Source of the DNA: Sphingobacteriia bacterium
GTDB taxonomy: Bacteria > Bacteroidota > Bacteroidia > Chitinophagales > Chitinophagaceae
Assembly: GCA_037129425.1 (NCBI GenBank)
Contig: JBAXUV010000010.1
Location: forward strand, 25,810 to 89,809
Direction: 5' to 3'
DNA: 64,000 bases
Each line of letters begins with the position of its first letter. The first letter of the stretch is position 1. The notes beneath the pieces are model-generated. The model searched no databases and was not told the DNA's origin. It saw only the letters and a list, made by a program, of their open reading frames with translations. Of the stretch, positions 30,501-38,601 are shown one piece after another. The position numbers and the translations under genes are program-made.

Positions 30501-31615
30501 ATACATTGAATGAAAATAATCTGTGGAAACAATACCAGGGAATTCTTTTGCAGCTAGAATCAACCAATGCAGGCACTGGTTTAAAATCCAACTTTGCTGG
30601 TTCGCTCAATCATGGATCACAAGAAATTAGACTAACAAAATGGGGAAACAATGGTTTGAATGTAATTGCAAACCCTTTTGTAAGTCCAATCAAACTCCAT
30701 ACAATCTCAAAAGGATCGATGGTAGGCAATCATTATTGGCTATGGAATCCCAAGCAAGGCTTGAATGGAGGGTATACTGCTATTTCCACCAATCAAGATT
30801 ATACGCTCAATCCTTTTGAGGCGTTTATTGCAGAAGCACGTTCTAACACAGAAAACCAGTTATTGATCTCAGAAGAAAGTAAAACCAATCTTTGGAATAA
30901 TAGTTCAAGCATTTCTTATGTAGAAGAAAATAAATACCACACAGTAATTGGATTGTACTCTGACAATCAATATTGGGATCAATTTGTTTTAATAGATCAT
31001 GGCACCAATAAAAATAGTTTTGACACAACTGATGCCATTAAATTAACCAATCCTGATGTGAATTTATTTAGTCAAAGTTCCGATCTGCAAAAACTATCCG
31101 TAGATGCCAGAAGAATCAATAATAATACCATTGTTCCTATACAAATAGAATCTTCTGTTAATCAATCCTTTTATTTTAAAGTCCTTCAAGCCATTTTGCC
31201 ATCCGACAACAAATTGGTTTTACATGATCGATTGACCAATCAATATTTACCATTGATTAAAGACAGTATTTATGCATTTACCCTTAGTGATGATTCTGCA
31301 AAAAATAAAGACAGGTTTGAAATAAGTCAATTCGTCCCAAAAGGAAACATTAATCAGTTGCTTCAATTGTTAACCATTAAAATGCACCCAAATCCAGTGA
31401 AGAATGAGCTTACTGTTGGAATTAAGTCATCGCTTTCCGCCAATACAAGTATTCAGATTTACTCAAGTACTGGTATTTTAATAAAAACGATTGCTGTAGG
31501 TTCGCTTCAATCAGGAAACATTCAAATACCAGTTTCAGAACTACATGCCGGAACATATATTCTGCAGGTTATTAATGGAGATCATCAACGTTCACTCACT
31601 TTTATAAAGCAATAA
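27503..31615 (+). CDS. giant secreted protein with T9SS C-terminal sorting domain
   Basis: Likely ATG at 27503 (MKLSFYALLMGFLAYTHMAISQ signal). The C-terminal ~80 aa (HPNPVKNELTV...GTYILQVINGDHQRSLTFIKQ) match the T9SS type A CTD pattern. The body looks like Ig-like/beta-sandwich repeats that I cannot name. Confidence 0.85.
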   Translation: MKLSFYALLMGFLAYTHMAISQSLTGINYSTQNTVYTQNFDGLPSSGTFTLVGKGPTALSNPPINGVNLTGWQFLMASGSGTNAGFVVGTGSGTGSSIYSYGLSNATDRTLGMLASSTGIYSIGIVLTNTTGITLNTATISFIAKQWRKGGSGNKNTWKCKYKTGSFNSIDQSNLVDEPMLNFSSVQTSTGTATLNGNLSENQTTINYTLQNIQWKNGEQLLIRWDDADEVGSDDAMGIDQFSFSAKYNTPNPFPINDIQSLANNPTNADTIQYAIKLGGNTSGLSTANFQLKSNGMLDAKLVSISGTGNEYTATIYTGKGEGYIQLGIVNDENLIPGLQGLPYFDIDTQWIDKIGPIIKKLSIPNQLMRGGDTVPVLIYVNPAKTTCKLFQGNINNYVIQPIKKETDSTYSSYFIIPTNGTDILAKDPIPLSIILQDSLGNKSDVYNLPIEQNNDAIDFNKPVQISFNCISDSLLKAGDTLKLVIQFNEPVNLDINSPTNFIPVTIGSRVKNVQFAIGNNTSALQFHYTIQAGETDKDGIRIASSFSTKNLLIKDIAGNAANLSIQSGPIQHIKVDAIAPEFTNPKDTSITVCASNSKMPINEILKVNNKETDELLTWRVVSPPKALLLNKLNHQQSSSASSITPIDFFVENPESYKGIDSASFSLSDGINVVVKKIYFNSISIESINSIQSNQEICIGTIPTILTGTIKSNKDSAAVYLWEQSTTNDSTGFTPASGKNNEFNYQPTAQSRASWWRRKLLLNTCTNTSNIVQISMAKTSLWLGKMSVDWNNPSNWCGNSIPADSADIIIPSNTSYSPSISATTVSGRNIQINKGARLVINGALLISGNISADSGAINAINGTIVLKGNALQNLNGQIFENNRISELQINNGSGVNINNKVIISKMLSLSKGTLFTNNQLTLSYKAQVGSSAIGTAINGIVSVEQDFASMTKGKFLVGHPFNQSISINQINQLPNQFFHLQTSNQDSSNLLKLWQPFNMNTLNENNLWKQYQGILLQLESTNAGTGLKSNFAGSLNHGSQEIRLTKWGNNGLNVIANPFVSPIKLHTISKGSMVGNHYWLWNPKQGLNGGYTAISTNQDYTLNPFEAFIAEARSNTENQLLISEESKTNLWNNSSSISYVEENKYHTVIGLYSDNQYWDQFVLIDHGTNKNSFDTTDAIKLTNPDVNLFSQSSDLQKLSVDARRINNNTIVPIQIESSVNQSFYFKVLQAILPSDNKLVLHDRLTNQYLPLIKDSIYAFTLSDDSAKNKDRFEISQFVPKGNINQLLQLLTIKMHPNPVKNELTVGIKSSLSANTSIQIYSSTGILIKTIAVGSLQSGNIQIPVSELHAGTYILQVINGDHQRSLTFIKQ

Positions 31616-31642
31616 AAAACGCCCCGAAAAAATCGGGGCGTT
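31612..31642. terminator. bidirectional intrinsic terminator (strong for ilvE on the minus strand)
   Basis: 10-bp stem aacgccccga (31618-31627) with tcggggcgtt (31633-31642). The T-run is on the minus-strand side. Confidence 0.75.
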
Positions 31643-31666
31643 GCAGTTTATAAGCAGGCAATCGAT

Positions 31667-32731
31667 CTAAATTTTAACCATCCAATTGTGCAGATCCGCT
31701 GAATGTCCTGTGCGAATAGCATCTAAACTTTTCTTTAAAGCCGGTGCAATTGTCCACTGATTGGTATCAAAATGCATCACGTAATCTTTATACCTTAATT
31801 CTTTAATCAAAGAGATCGTTGCAGCAGTGCCGGTTCCAAATACTTCAGATACCAAACCAGCTTTGTGCGCATCGATCAATTCGTCAATACTGATCTTACG
31901 TTCAGCAACTTCATAACCCATATCTTGTAAAAGTTGTAAAGCACTATCACGGGTAATTCCAGCCAAAATAGTTCCCTCTTCTAACGATGGGGTAACCGCA
32001 ATATTGTTAATGATGAAAAACACATTCATCATACCAACTTCTTGCAAGTATTTATGTTCAAAAGCGTCCGTCCATAAAACCTGGTCATAGCCCAATTCTT
32101 TGGCTTTTGAAGTTGGATACATACTTGAACCATAATTTCCGGCATTCTTTGAAAATCCAACACCGCCAGTAACAGCTCGAGTATATTTTTCTTCTACATA
32201 AATACGCATTGGTTCACTATAATAAGGCCCAGTTGGACTCAATAGAATAATGAAAGAATAAGTATCAGAAGGTTTTACTCCCAATACAGCATCTGTAGCG
32301 AACATGAATGGTCGTATATATAATGAATGATCTTTAAAAGCTGGAACCCAGTTCTTATCCAATTCTACCAAAGCTTTCATACCATCAATAAAAATACCTT
32401 TAGGTATGGTAGGCATTTGCATACGTTTGGCTGAAATATTAAAGCGCTCCAAATTATCATAGGGGCGAGAAATATATACTTCCCCATCTGGGTGTTTATA
32501 TGCTTTAACTCCTTCGAAAATGGATTGTCCATAATGTAATGCAGCCAAAGAAGGCTCTAATGTTAAAGGCTGATATGGTTTAATTTCAATATTCTGCCAT
32601 TCCCCATTCGCAAAATTAGCCACCAACATATGGTCAGTAAAAATGTGCCCAAAAGCAATATTTTCTAAAGACTGGTCATTCACTCTGGTTTTGTTAATCT
32701 GGGTAATGTTTATATCGATCACTGCGCTCAT
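31667..32731 (-). CDS. ilvE: branched-chain amino acid aminotransferase
   Basis: Class IV aminotransferase pattern (EGVKAY, YIRP, GNYGSSM). The likely start is MSAVIDINI at 32731. Confidence 0.9.
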   Translation of the reverse strand: MSAVIDINITQINKTRVNDQSLENIAFGHIFTDHMLVANFANGEWQNIEIKPYQPLTLEPSLAALHYGQSIFEGVKAYKHPDGEVYISRPYDNLERFNISAKRMQMPTIPKGIFIDGMKALVELDKNWVPAFKDHSLYIRPFMFATDAVLGVKPSDTYSFIILLSPTGPYYSEPMRIYVEEKYTRAVTGGVGFSKNAGNYGSSMYPTSKAKELGYDQVLWTDAFEHKYLQEVGMMNVFFIINNIAVTPSLEEGTILAGITRDSALQLLQDMGYEVAERKISIDELIDAHKAGLVSEVFGTGTAATISLIKELRYKDYVMHFDTNQWTIAPALKKSLDAIRTGHSADLHNWMVKI

Positions 32732-32804
32732 AGTTTTATATTTGGTGCAAAGAAACAAAAAAATAAAAAACTAACGCTTGTTATTATTTTAAAAGGTCAT
32801 TAAA

Positions 32805-33395
32805 ATGGACAATAAACTACCAGATTTCATACTTACAGACCTATTTCCTAACAGTTTGGTGCTGGTGGAGTCTGAAATATCCCTTCCAAAAGGAAAAATT
32901 GTTGAGGAAAAAACTGTGGAGACCCCTATTATTTTACCAACAGAAAAGGATACTAAAAAAACTAAACAGGAAAAAACACCGTCAAAAGCAAGTCCAGAAA
33001 AATGGTTTTTGGGTAATAATGATAAAAAAATCACCATTCTTGTTAACGAACCCGATGTAGTTTTTTTGGAAGAGAATAGTCTACAATTTCTCACTAAAAT
33101 TTTAGGAGCTTGTAAATTGAACATGGGAGATATTGCAGTTGTTAATATTGCTCAGTTTCCTACTAGTTTTGATTTAATTAAAAAAGATTTATTACCCAAC
33201 ACCTGCATCTTATTTGATGTAAATGCACCATCCATTGCACTTCCATTTACTATCCCCGATTATCAGATACAGAAATACGGTGGATGTACTTTTTTAATGG
33301 CGCCTTCCATTGCTTCATTTGATGGAGACTCAACTGAAGCTAAATTGGCAAAAACAAAACTCTGGGTAAGTTTAAAAACTATTTTTAATTTGTAA
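32805..33395 (+). CDS. hypothetical protein (196 aa), first gene of an apparent operon with rdgB
   Basis: Short N-terminal segment, a K/E/T-rich linker, then a ~110-aa C-terminal domain. No family recognised. It ends 11-17 nt upstream of rdgB. Confidence 0.6.
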   Translation: MDNKLPDFILTDLFPNSLVLVESEISLPKGKIVEEKTVETPIILPTEKDTKKTKQEKTPSKASPEKWFLGNNDKKITILVNEPDVVFLEENSLQFLTKILGACKLNMGDIAVVNIAQFPTSFDLIKKDLLPNTCILFDVNAPSIALPFTIPDYQIQKYGGCTFLMAPSIASFDGDSTEAKLAKTKLWVSLKTIFNL

Positions 33396-33411
33396 CGTTT
33401 TATCCATGCAC

Positions 33412-33993
33412 ATGCAAACGCTCATTTTTGCTACTAATAATATCAATAAAGTAAAAGAAATAAAATCCGTAGTTGGAGATTCAATCAATATTATTTCATT
33501 AGCTGAAGCGGGTATTGATATTGATATTCCTGAGCCACATGATACGCTTATGGCAAATGCCAGTGAAAAATCTTCTGTCATTCATCAATTAACTGGCCAA
33601 AACTGTTTTAGTGAAGATACTGGATTAGAAGTAGCTGAATTAAATGGAGAACCAGGAGTAAAGAGTGCACGCTATGCTGGTGATGGAAGGAATTTTCAAG
33701 ACAATATCGATTTATTGTTACAAAAATTATCGGGCAAACCCAACCGCAGTGCACAATTCAGAACAGTCATTTCACTAATCTGGAATCAAAAAGAATATTT
33801 TTTTGAAGGAACTTGTAAAGGTAAAATCACTGAGATTCAAAATGGGTTAGAAGGGTTTGGATATGATCCTGTTTTTATTCCAGAAGGATCAACTAAAACT
33901 TTTGCAGAAATGAGTATGGAAGAAAAAAATAGTTTTAGTCATAGAAAAAAAGCGGTTGCACAATTAATTTCATTTTTGAAAACCATTGAATGA
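33412..33993 (+). CDS. rdgB: non-canonical purine NTP pyrophosphatase (RdgB/HAM1)
   Basis: LIFATNN.NK..E, EDTGLEV..L.G.PG..SARYAG and GFGYDP.F motifs. Confidence 0.92.
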   Translation: MQTLIFATNNINKVKEIKSVVGDSINIISLAEAGIDIDIPEPHDTLMANASEKSSVIHQLTGQNCFSEDTGLEVAELNGEPGVKSARYAGDGRNFQDNIDLLLQKLSGKPNRSAQFRTVISLIWNQKEYFFEGTCKGKITEIQNGLEGFGYDPVFIPEGSTKTFAEMSMEEKNSFSHRKKAVAQLISFLKTIE

Positions 33994-34418
33994 ACAGAAT
34001 AAAAATAAAATTACCAGACCAATTTTCTTTTAGTACAAAGTTGACCATCAGAGTCAGTGATTTAAATTATGGCGGGCATGTTGGCAACGATACGATTTTA
34101 TCTATTTTACAAGAAGCAAGACAACAATACTTAGTATGGAAAGGCTTTAGAGAATTGAATATTCATGGCAATGGATTGATCATGGTTGATGCATCAATTG
34201 AATACAAAAAGGAATTGAATTATGCCGACACTATTCTAGTATCAGTTGCTGCGATTGATTTTGACAAAATGGGTTTTGATTTTTATTACAAAATCGACTT
34301 GATACAAGACGAACAATCCATGCTTGCTATAAGAGCTAAAACAGGCATGTTATTGTATGATTACGCTAATAAAAAGAAAGTACCTATTACGGAGGAATTA
34401 ATAAAAGAACTTAGTTGA
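33990..34418 (+). CDS. hotdog-fold acyl-CoA thioesterase (YbgC/4HBT-like)
   Basis: 142 aa; SDLNYGGHVGNDTIL pattern of 4HBT thioesterases. Overlaps the rdgB stop by 4 nt. Confidence 0.75.
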   Translation: MNRIKIKLPDQFSFSTKLTIRVSDLNYGGHVGNDTILSILQEARQQYLVWKGFRELNIHGNGLIMVDASIEYKKELNYADTILVSVAAIDFDKMGFDFYYKIDLIQDEQSMLAIRAKTGMLLYDYANKKKVPITEELIKELS

Positions 34419-35148
34419 TATCATTCCAAATATCCCAGCTTGCCTCTGCTTGTAATACCAACATTTCAAACCCATTTTGAATAGTTGCTCCTTTTGTTTT
34501 TCCTTGTTGTAAAAATGAGGTTTCATTGGGATTATAAATAAGATCAAATAAATGATGCTGAGAACTCAAATATTCATAAGGCAATGCTGGAGCATCATTG
34601 ATATTAGGATATTGTCCGACAGGGCTTGTATTTACAATTAAAGTATGATCGAAGATTATACCAGCATTTAATTGTTCATATGAAAGATTCAATTCACTAG
34701 CTTCCCTAGAAACAAATTGAAATTCAATATTTAATTTACCCAGAACGTATGCCACTGCTGCAGCTGCCCCTCCTGTTCCAAGTATTAAGGCTTTTTGATG
34801 ATGTGGTTTCAAAAAAGGTTGTAATGATTTTTCAAATCCAATTACATCTGTATTGTATCCAAATAATTCACCGTTTTTTATGTGAACACAGTTACAAGCA
34901 CCTAATGCTTTAACTGTTTCACTGGCATGTGTCAAAAAAGGCAATACCTTTTTTTTATAGGGTATGGTAATATTGAAACCGCAAAGATTTGGATGAGTTG
35001 CAATTATTTCATTTAAGTCTTTAATGTCAGGAATAGAAAAAGTGAAATATTCAGCATCATTAATGCCCAGCTCAAAAAACTTTTGCGTAAAATATTGTTG
35101 CGAAAACGAATGTGTAAGCGGAAATCCAATCAAACCATATGTCCGCAT
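34411..35148 (-). CDS. aroE: shikimate dehydrogenase
   Basis: 245 aa; YGLIGFPL.HS.S, NITIPYK and GTGGAA motifs. Confidence 0.9.
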   Translation of the reverse strand: MRTYGLIGFPLTHSFSQQYFTQKFFELGINDAEYFTFSIPDIKDLNEIIATHPNLCGFNITIPYKKKVLPFLTHASETVKALGACNCVHIKNGELFGYNTDVIGFEKSLQPFLKPHHQKALILGTGGAAAAVAYVLGKLNIEFQFVSREASELNLSYEQLNAGIIFDHTLIVNTSPVGQYPNINDAPALPYEYLSSQHHLFDLIYNPNETSFLQQGKTKGATIQNGFEMLVLQAEASWDIWNDIN

Positions 35149-35150
35149 AT

Positions 35151-35915
35151 CTATTTTTTATCGAGGTATAATTCAAAAGTATCCCCTCTTAATCCAATTC
35201 GCATAGATTCTAAAGGAATCACTTCATTGGGTGCAATATTGCCTAGATTTACATTACATCCAATTAACTCTAAGAAATACAATTGCTGAGCTTTTTGAGG
35301 AGCTTCCCAAATAATTTTCTCAGCAGGAATTTGAGTTAAGATTTCTTGAACCAATCCTTCTCTTACTTCTCCACTTCCTCTATAAATACCCACATTTCCG
35401 GCCTCCCTTGCTTCAGCTATTACATAAGAAGAACCTGCTTCTAATTCGGCTCTCATCAATTCGATCCATTTATAAGGAGGAATAATATGTGCAGCATCTT
35501 TGCTTCCTACTTCACTTAAAACTGTTGCATGTTTGGTTAGTTTTTCTATATACCCACATTTTTCCGCATGAGGAATAGCAATAGAACCATCACTTACTTC
35601 AATATAGTTGATTCCATAATCTTTACAAACCGCTATAAAATCATCAAACTGATTTCTGATTAAAAAAGCTTCGAATAAAGTTCCTCCAAAATATATAGGA
35701 AGATTGTAAGAATGGTATAATTCTATTTTTTCTCTCAAATTGGGAGTTACAAATGAAGTTCCAAAACCTAATTTCACTATATCTACATGAGGACCTGCAA
35801 CACTCATGAAATCTTTTACCTGGTTAATGCTAAGCCCTTTATCCATCACCATGGTTAATCCATAATTACGTGGTTGCTTTGTTCTTTCTGGGATTTGAGT
35901 AAGATTGAAATTCAT
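35151..35915 (-). CDS. phosphosulfolactate synthase (ComA) family protein
   Basis: 254 aa. N-terminal PERTKQPRNYGLTMVMDKGL and the TIM-barrel pattern are typical of the ComA family. Only 2 nt separate it from aroE. Confidence 0.75.
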   Translation of the reverse strand: MNFNLTQIPERTKQPRNYGLTMVMDKGLSINQVKDFMSVAGPHVDIVKLGFGTSFVTPNLREKIELYHSYNLPIYFGGTLFEAFLIRNQFDDFIAVCKDYGINYIEVSDGSIAIPHAEKCGYIEKLTKHATVLSEVGSKDAAHIIPPYKWIELMRAELEAGSSYVIAEAREAGNVGIYRGSGEVREGLVQEILTQIPAEKIIWEAPQKAQQLYFLELIGCNVNLGNIAPNEVIPLESMRIGLRGDTFELYLDKK

Positions 35916-35935
35916 ATTGTCTAATTAATCAGCGG

Positions 35936-35943
35936 CAAAGGTA
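35936..35943 (-). promoter_or_regulatory. -7 promoter box upstream of the ComA-like gene
   Basis: The minus strand reads TACCTTTGCCGC, 20 nt upstream of the ATG at 35915. Confidence 0.45.
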
Positions 35944-35997
35944 ATCAAATACAATGAAATGAATAATTGCGTAGTTTATTCGATTACTAAAAAATTG

Positions 35998-37419
35998 CTA
36001 AATCTTTTTCCCCTTTTTAAACCGAGCTATAATGTCTACTACCTGATTATTTTGTAAAATAGATGGATTTAATTCAATGAATTTTTTGAGCAATTTTGGC
36101 GCTTTGTTCATGCCTTCTTCTAATTGCAATAATGCTTCTTTAGATTTTCCTAAAACAAATAAGGAAGTACTAGCATAAAAATAAAAAATTGGCTTTGTAT
36201 CAGTAGCTTTTAAGGCATTCAAAGATTGATCTAATGCTTCTTCAAAAAACTCTGCTTTAAGTAAACAGCGAATTAATGCTTCCCATCCAGCCGCATTCTT
36301 TGGTTTGTGGCGGACTACAGTTCCAAAATATTGAATGGCTTCCTTGAACTTATTCATGTTCATTTTACATTCTCCCATTGCAAGATTATATTCAGGTACT
36401 GTTCGCTGAATACGCATGGCATTTTCCAATTGTTTACATGCACTTGACCATTGCTCTTCTAACATATAAGTTACAGCAATCTTATAGTGAAGTTTACTAT
36501 CGTCCGGATTTAAATGTACCGCTTTCTTATAATTAAATCGGGCTTGTGCATTTTTTCCCATTCTATGATAACAATGTCCTATTGCTTCATAAATCACATC
36601 TTCAGGTCTTGTTAACTCCAAGACTTTTTCTAAAACTTCTATTGCTTCTTTGTATTTTCTTAATCTTAAGAATGCATCGCCCATATTTCTATAGGCATAA
36701 TCAAATTTTTCATCAATTGCTACAGCATATTGATATGCATCAATAGACTTTTCATACAATTTAATTCCCTGGTAAGCAGCTGCCAAATTAAACCAGGCCA
36801 ATTCATTGAATGGAAACTCATCTATAATTTGTTGGTGCAATCTGATACTTTCTTCATTTCTTCCGGTGAAATCAGTCCAGAAACAAATTTTATATAAAGC
36901 CTCTTCATTGGATGGTTCTTCTTCAAGGATTAATTTTAAGCAATCAAATACTTTATCGAATTCTTCATAATCATCATATACATCAGCCAATTCAAACAAT
37001 AAATCCAACCGTTCATCTCCTTCAAATAAATTTAAAGCTGATTCTAATAATTCAACTGCTTTAGATTGCTGATCTAATGCCAAATAAGCATCTGTTTTTA
37101 AAATATATAAATTCAAATCACTACTATCAAAGAGGCCAGCAGTTTCTAAAATATCCAGCGCTTCCTGATACTTTCTTGTGGCTAACAATAAATCGGCTTT
37201 TTTAATCATCAAGTTAGAAGAGTAAGGGAATTGCTCTAAGGCAATTTCTGCTGCTTCCATTGCTTCGGGAATATTGTCTTTTTCGTCGTAGTAGTCAATT
37301 ATTCGCTCAAATGCATCTTCTTCTAAGAAACTATGTGATCTTCCGTGCTTCAGATTTTGGTACTGATTGATCAGTTCCTTCATTTCTTCACGGTCTTCGC
37401 GGTAGGGATTTTCTCGCAT
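35998..37419 (-). CDS. tetratricopeptide (TPR) repeat protein
   Basis: 473 aa with repeated 34-aa A/Y/L-patterned helical repeats throughout. Confidence 0.8.
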   Translation of the reverse strand: MRENPYREDREEMKELINQYQNLKHGRSHSFLEEDAFERIIDYYDEKDNIPEAMEAAEIALEQFPYSSNLMIKKADLLLATRKYQEALDILETAGLFDSSDLNLYILKTDAYLALDQQSKAVELLESALNLFEGDERLDLLFELADVYDDYEEFDKVFDCLKLILEEEPSNEEALYKICFWTDFTGRNEESIRLHQQIIDEFPFNELAWFNLAAAYQGIKLYEKSIDAYQYAVAIDEKFDYAYRNMGDAFLRLRKYKEAIEVLEKVLELTRPEDVIYEAIGHCYHRMGKNAQARFNYKKAVHLNPDDSKLHYKIAVTYMLEEQWSSACKQLENAMRIQRTVPEYNLAMGECKMNMNKFKEAIQYFGTVVRHKPKNAAGWEALIRCLLKAEFFEEALDQSLNALKATDTKPIFYFYASTSLFVLGKSKEALLQLEEGMNKAPKLLKKFIELNPSILQNNQVVDIIARFKKGKKI

Positions 37420-37560
37420 ATGCCTATTGGTTATTCTAATTTAGACCAATTATTTGAACTTTTTAACCCTTTTTTTGTCATTTATCCTATTATTAACGTT
37501 TTTTCTCAAATGTTAATAAAAAATAAAAATTGCCAAAATAAGAATTAAATATACCTTTGC

Positions 37561-37917
37561 ATGGTGAAGAAGCAGTTAAAATACCAAAAAATAGCCTTAG
37601 TTGTTATGCTCGTTATGAGTATGCAATTGGCTTATGCTGCCCTTTCTTTCACTGGAATTGTAGACGATAAAACGCGCAATAATAAATATTCTTTGCGCAG
37701 CTTGAATAACTATACTAGAAAAGGATTAACACTAGGCGCCATCAAGTCTAGTTTACAATACAAGGGTATTCATATTCCAAATGCAGCTTCTGGTTTTCAA
37801 GGCAATGAGATTAACAGCATGTTGCAATACGACAATGGAAACACTACTTATATTTACCCTTATAAGTTTAAAGTGAAAGTTCCAAAATTCAAAACACCAT
37901 CTCCTGCTGGACATTAA
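37561..37917 (+). CDS. small hypothetical exported protein
   Basis: 118-aa ORF with a hydrophobic N-terminal segment. The start is uncertain because a TACCTTTG box (37552-37559) sits 2 nt before this ATG. Confidence 0.5.
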   Translation: MVKKQLKYQKIALVVMLVMSMQLAYAALSFTGIVDDKTRNNKYSLRSLNNYTRKGLTLGAIKSSLQYKGIHIPNAASGFQGNEINSMLQYDNGNTTYIYPYKFKVKVPKFKTPSPAGH

Positions 37918-38549
37918 TTAAGCAATCGATAGCCGCTTGTGGGTATATCAAATTTAGACGCAGGCACTGGATTCAAATTGATTTTAGTTGCAGTATAAAT
38001 AATTTTTACCCCCTTTCCTTCTAGTGCTTCGTATTCTAAAACAAAACCTGGGATATCTTTAAACTGGTATTCGAATTCTTTTACTGAAGGAGCAATTGCT
38101 GTTGAATAATAAACTGTAAATGAACTTCCATCCTGCAGTTGTAAGATGGCTTTTTTACACTCATAACCAAGTATTTGCTTGACTTCATTTACATAAGAAA
38201 TCGTCATGCCGTTGAATTTACTGTTTTGTTCAACCCATGCTTTATTGTCTAGCTTAGTCATGAATTTATTGGCACCTAATTCTCGCATAATTACCGCTTT
38301 GCCGGTAGATTTATCGTACACCAAGGTTTGCAAAAAAGAGGTACTCAGTAAATCAACCCTGCTATCATTCCCTTTAATATAAACCGTTTTACTACTTGAT
38401 TTTAATAATGCAGCGGTCTCATTATCTACTTTTTCATCTCCATTAATTTGAATGGAATAGTTTACTGTGCATTCTGCAACAACTCTCGTTTGTGCATGAA
38501 CAGTATTCAATGTGAAAAAACATATAAGCGAAAAGATAATATTTTTCAT
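37914..38549 (-). CDS. hypothetical secreted protein (211 aa)
   Basis: Signal peptide MKNIIFSLICFFTLNTVHAQ; no family recognised. Confidence 0.65.
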   Translation of the reverse strand: MKNIIFSLICFFTLNTVHAQTRVVAECTVNYSIQINGDEKVDNETAALLKSSSKTVYIKGNDSRVDLLSTSFLQTLVYDKSTGKAVIMRELGANKFMTKLDNKAWVEQNSKFNGMTISYVNEVKQILGYECKKAILQLQDGSSFTVYYSTAIAPSVKEFEYQFKDIPGFVLEYEALEGKGVKIIYTATKINLNPVPASKFDIPTSGYRLLN

Positions 38550-38564
38550 AAAGTGAAATTAACT

Positions 38565-38595
38565 AAAAAACCCTTCTAATTAAGAAGGGTTTTTA
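38565..38595 (-). terminator. intrinsic terminator after yidC
   Basis: Stem aaaaacccttc (38566-38576) with gaagggttttt (38584-38594), with a T-run on the minus strand. Confidence 0.6.
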
Positions 38596-38601
38596 CATAA
38601 C

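Noticed and set aside
32789-33124. 111-aa minus-strand ORF overlapping the start of the 196-aa plus-strand ORF
   Set aside because: It lies antisense to the ORF that is positioned in operon with rdgB. It has no upstream promoter box and a low-complexity product. The plus-strand ORF is preferred, though neither has a recognised family.
32805-33395. Impression that the C-terminal domain of the 196-aa protein resembles DNA polymerase III psi (HolD)-like proteins
   Set aside because: It rests only on a loose pattern (..FLTKILGACKL.. and a C-terminal ..KLWVSLK..). That is far too weak to call without a profile search.
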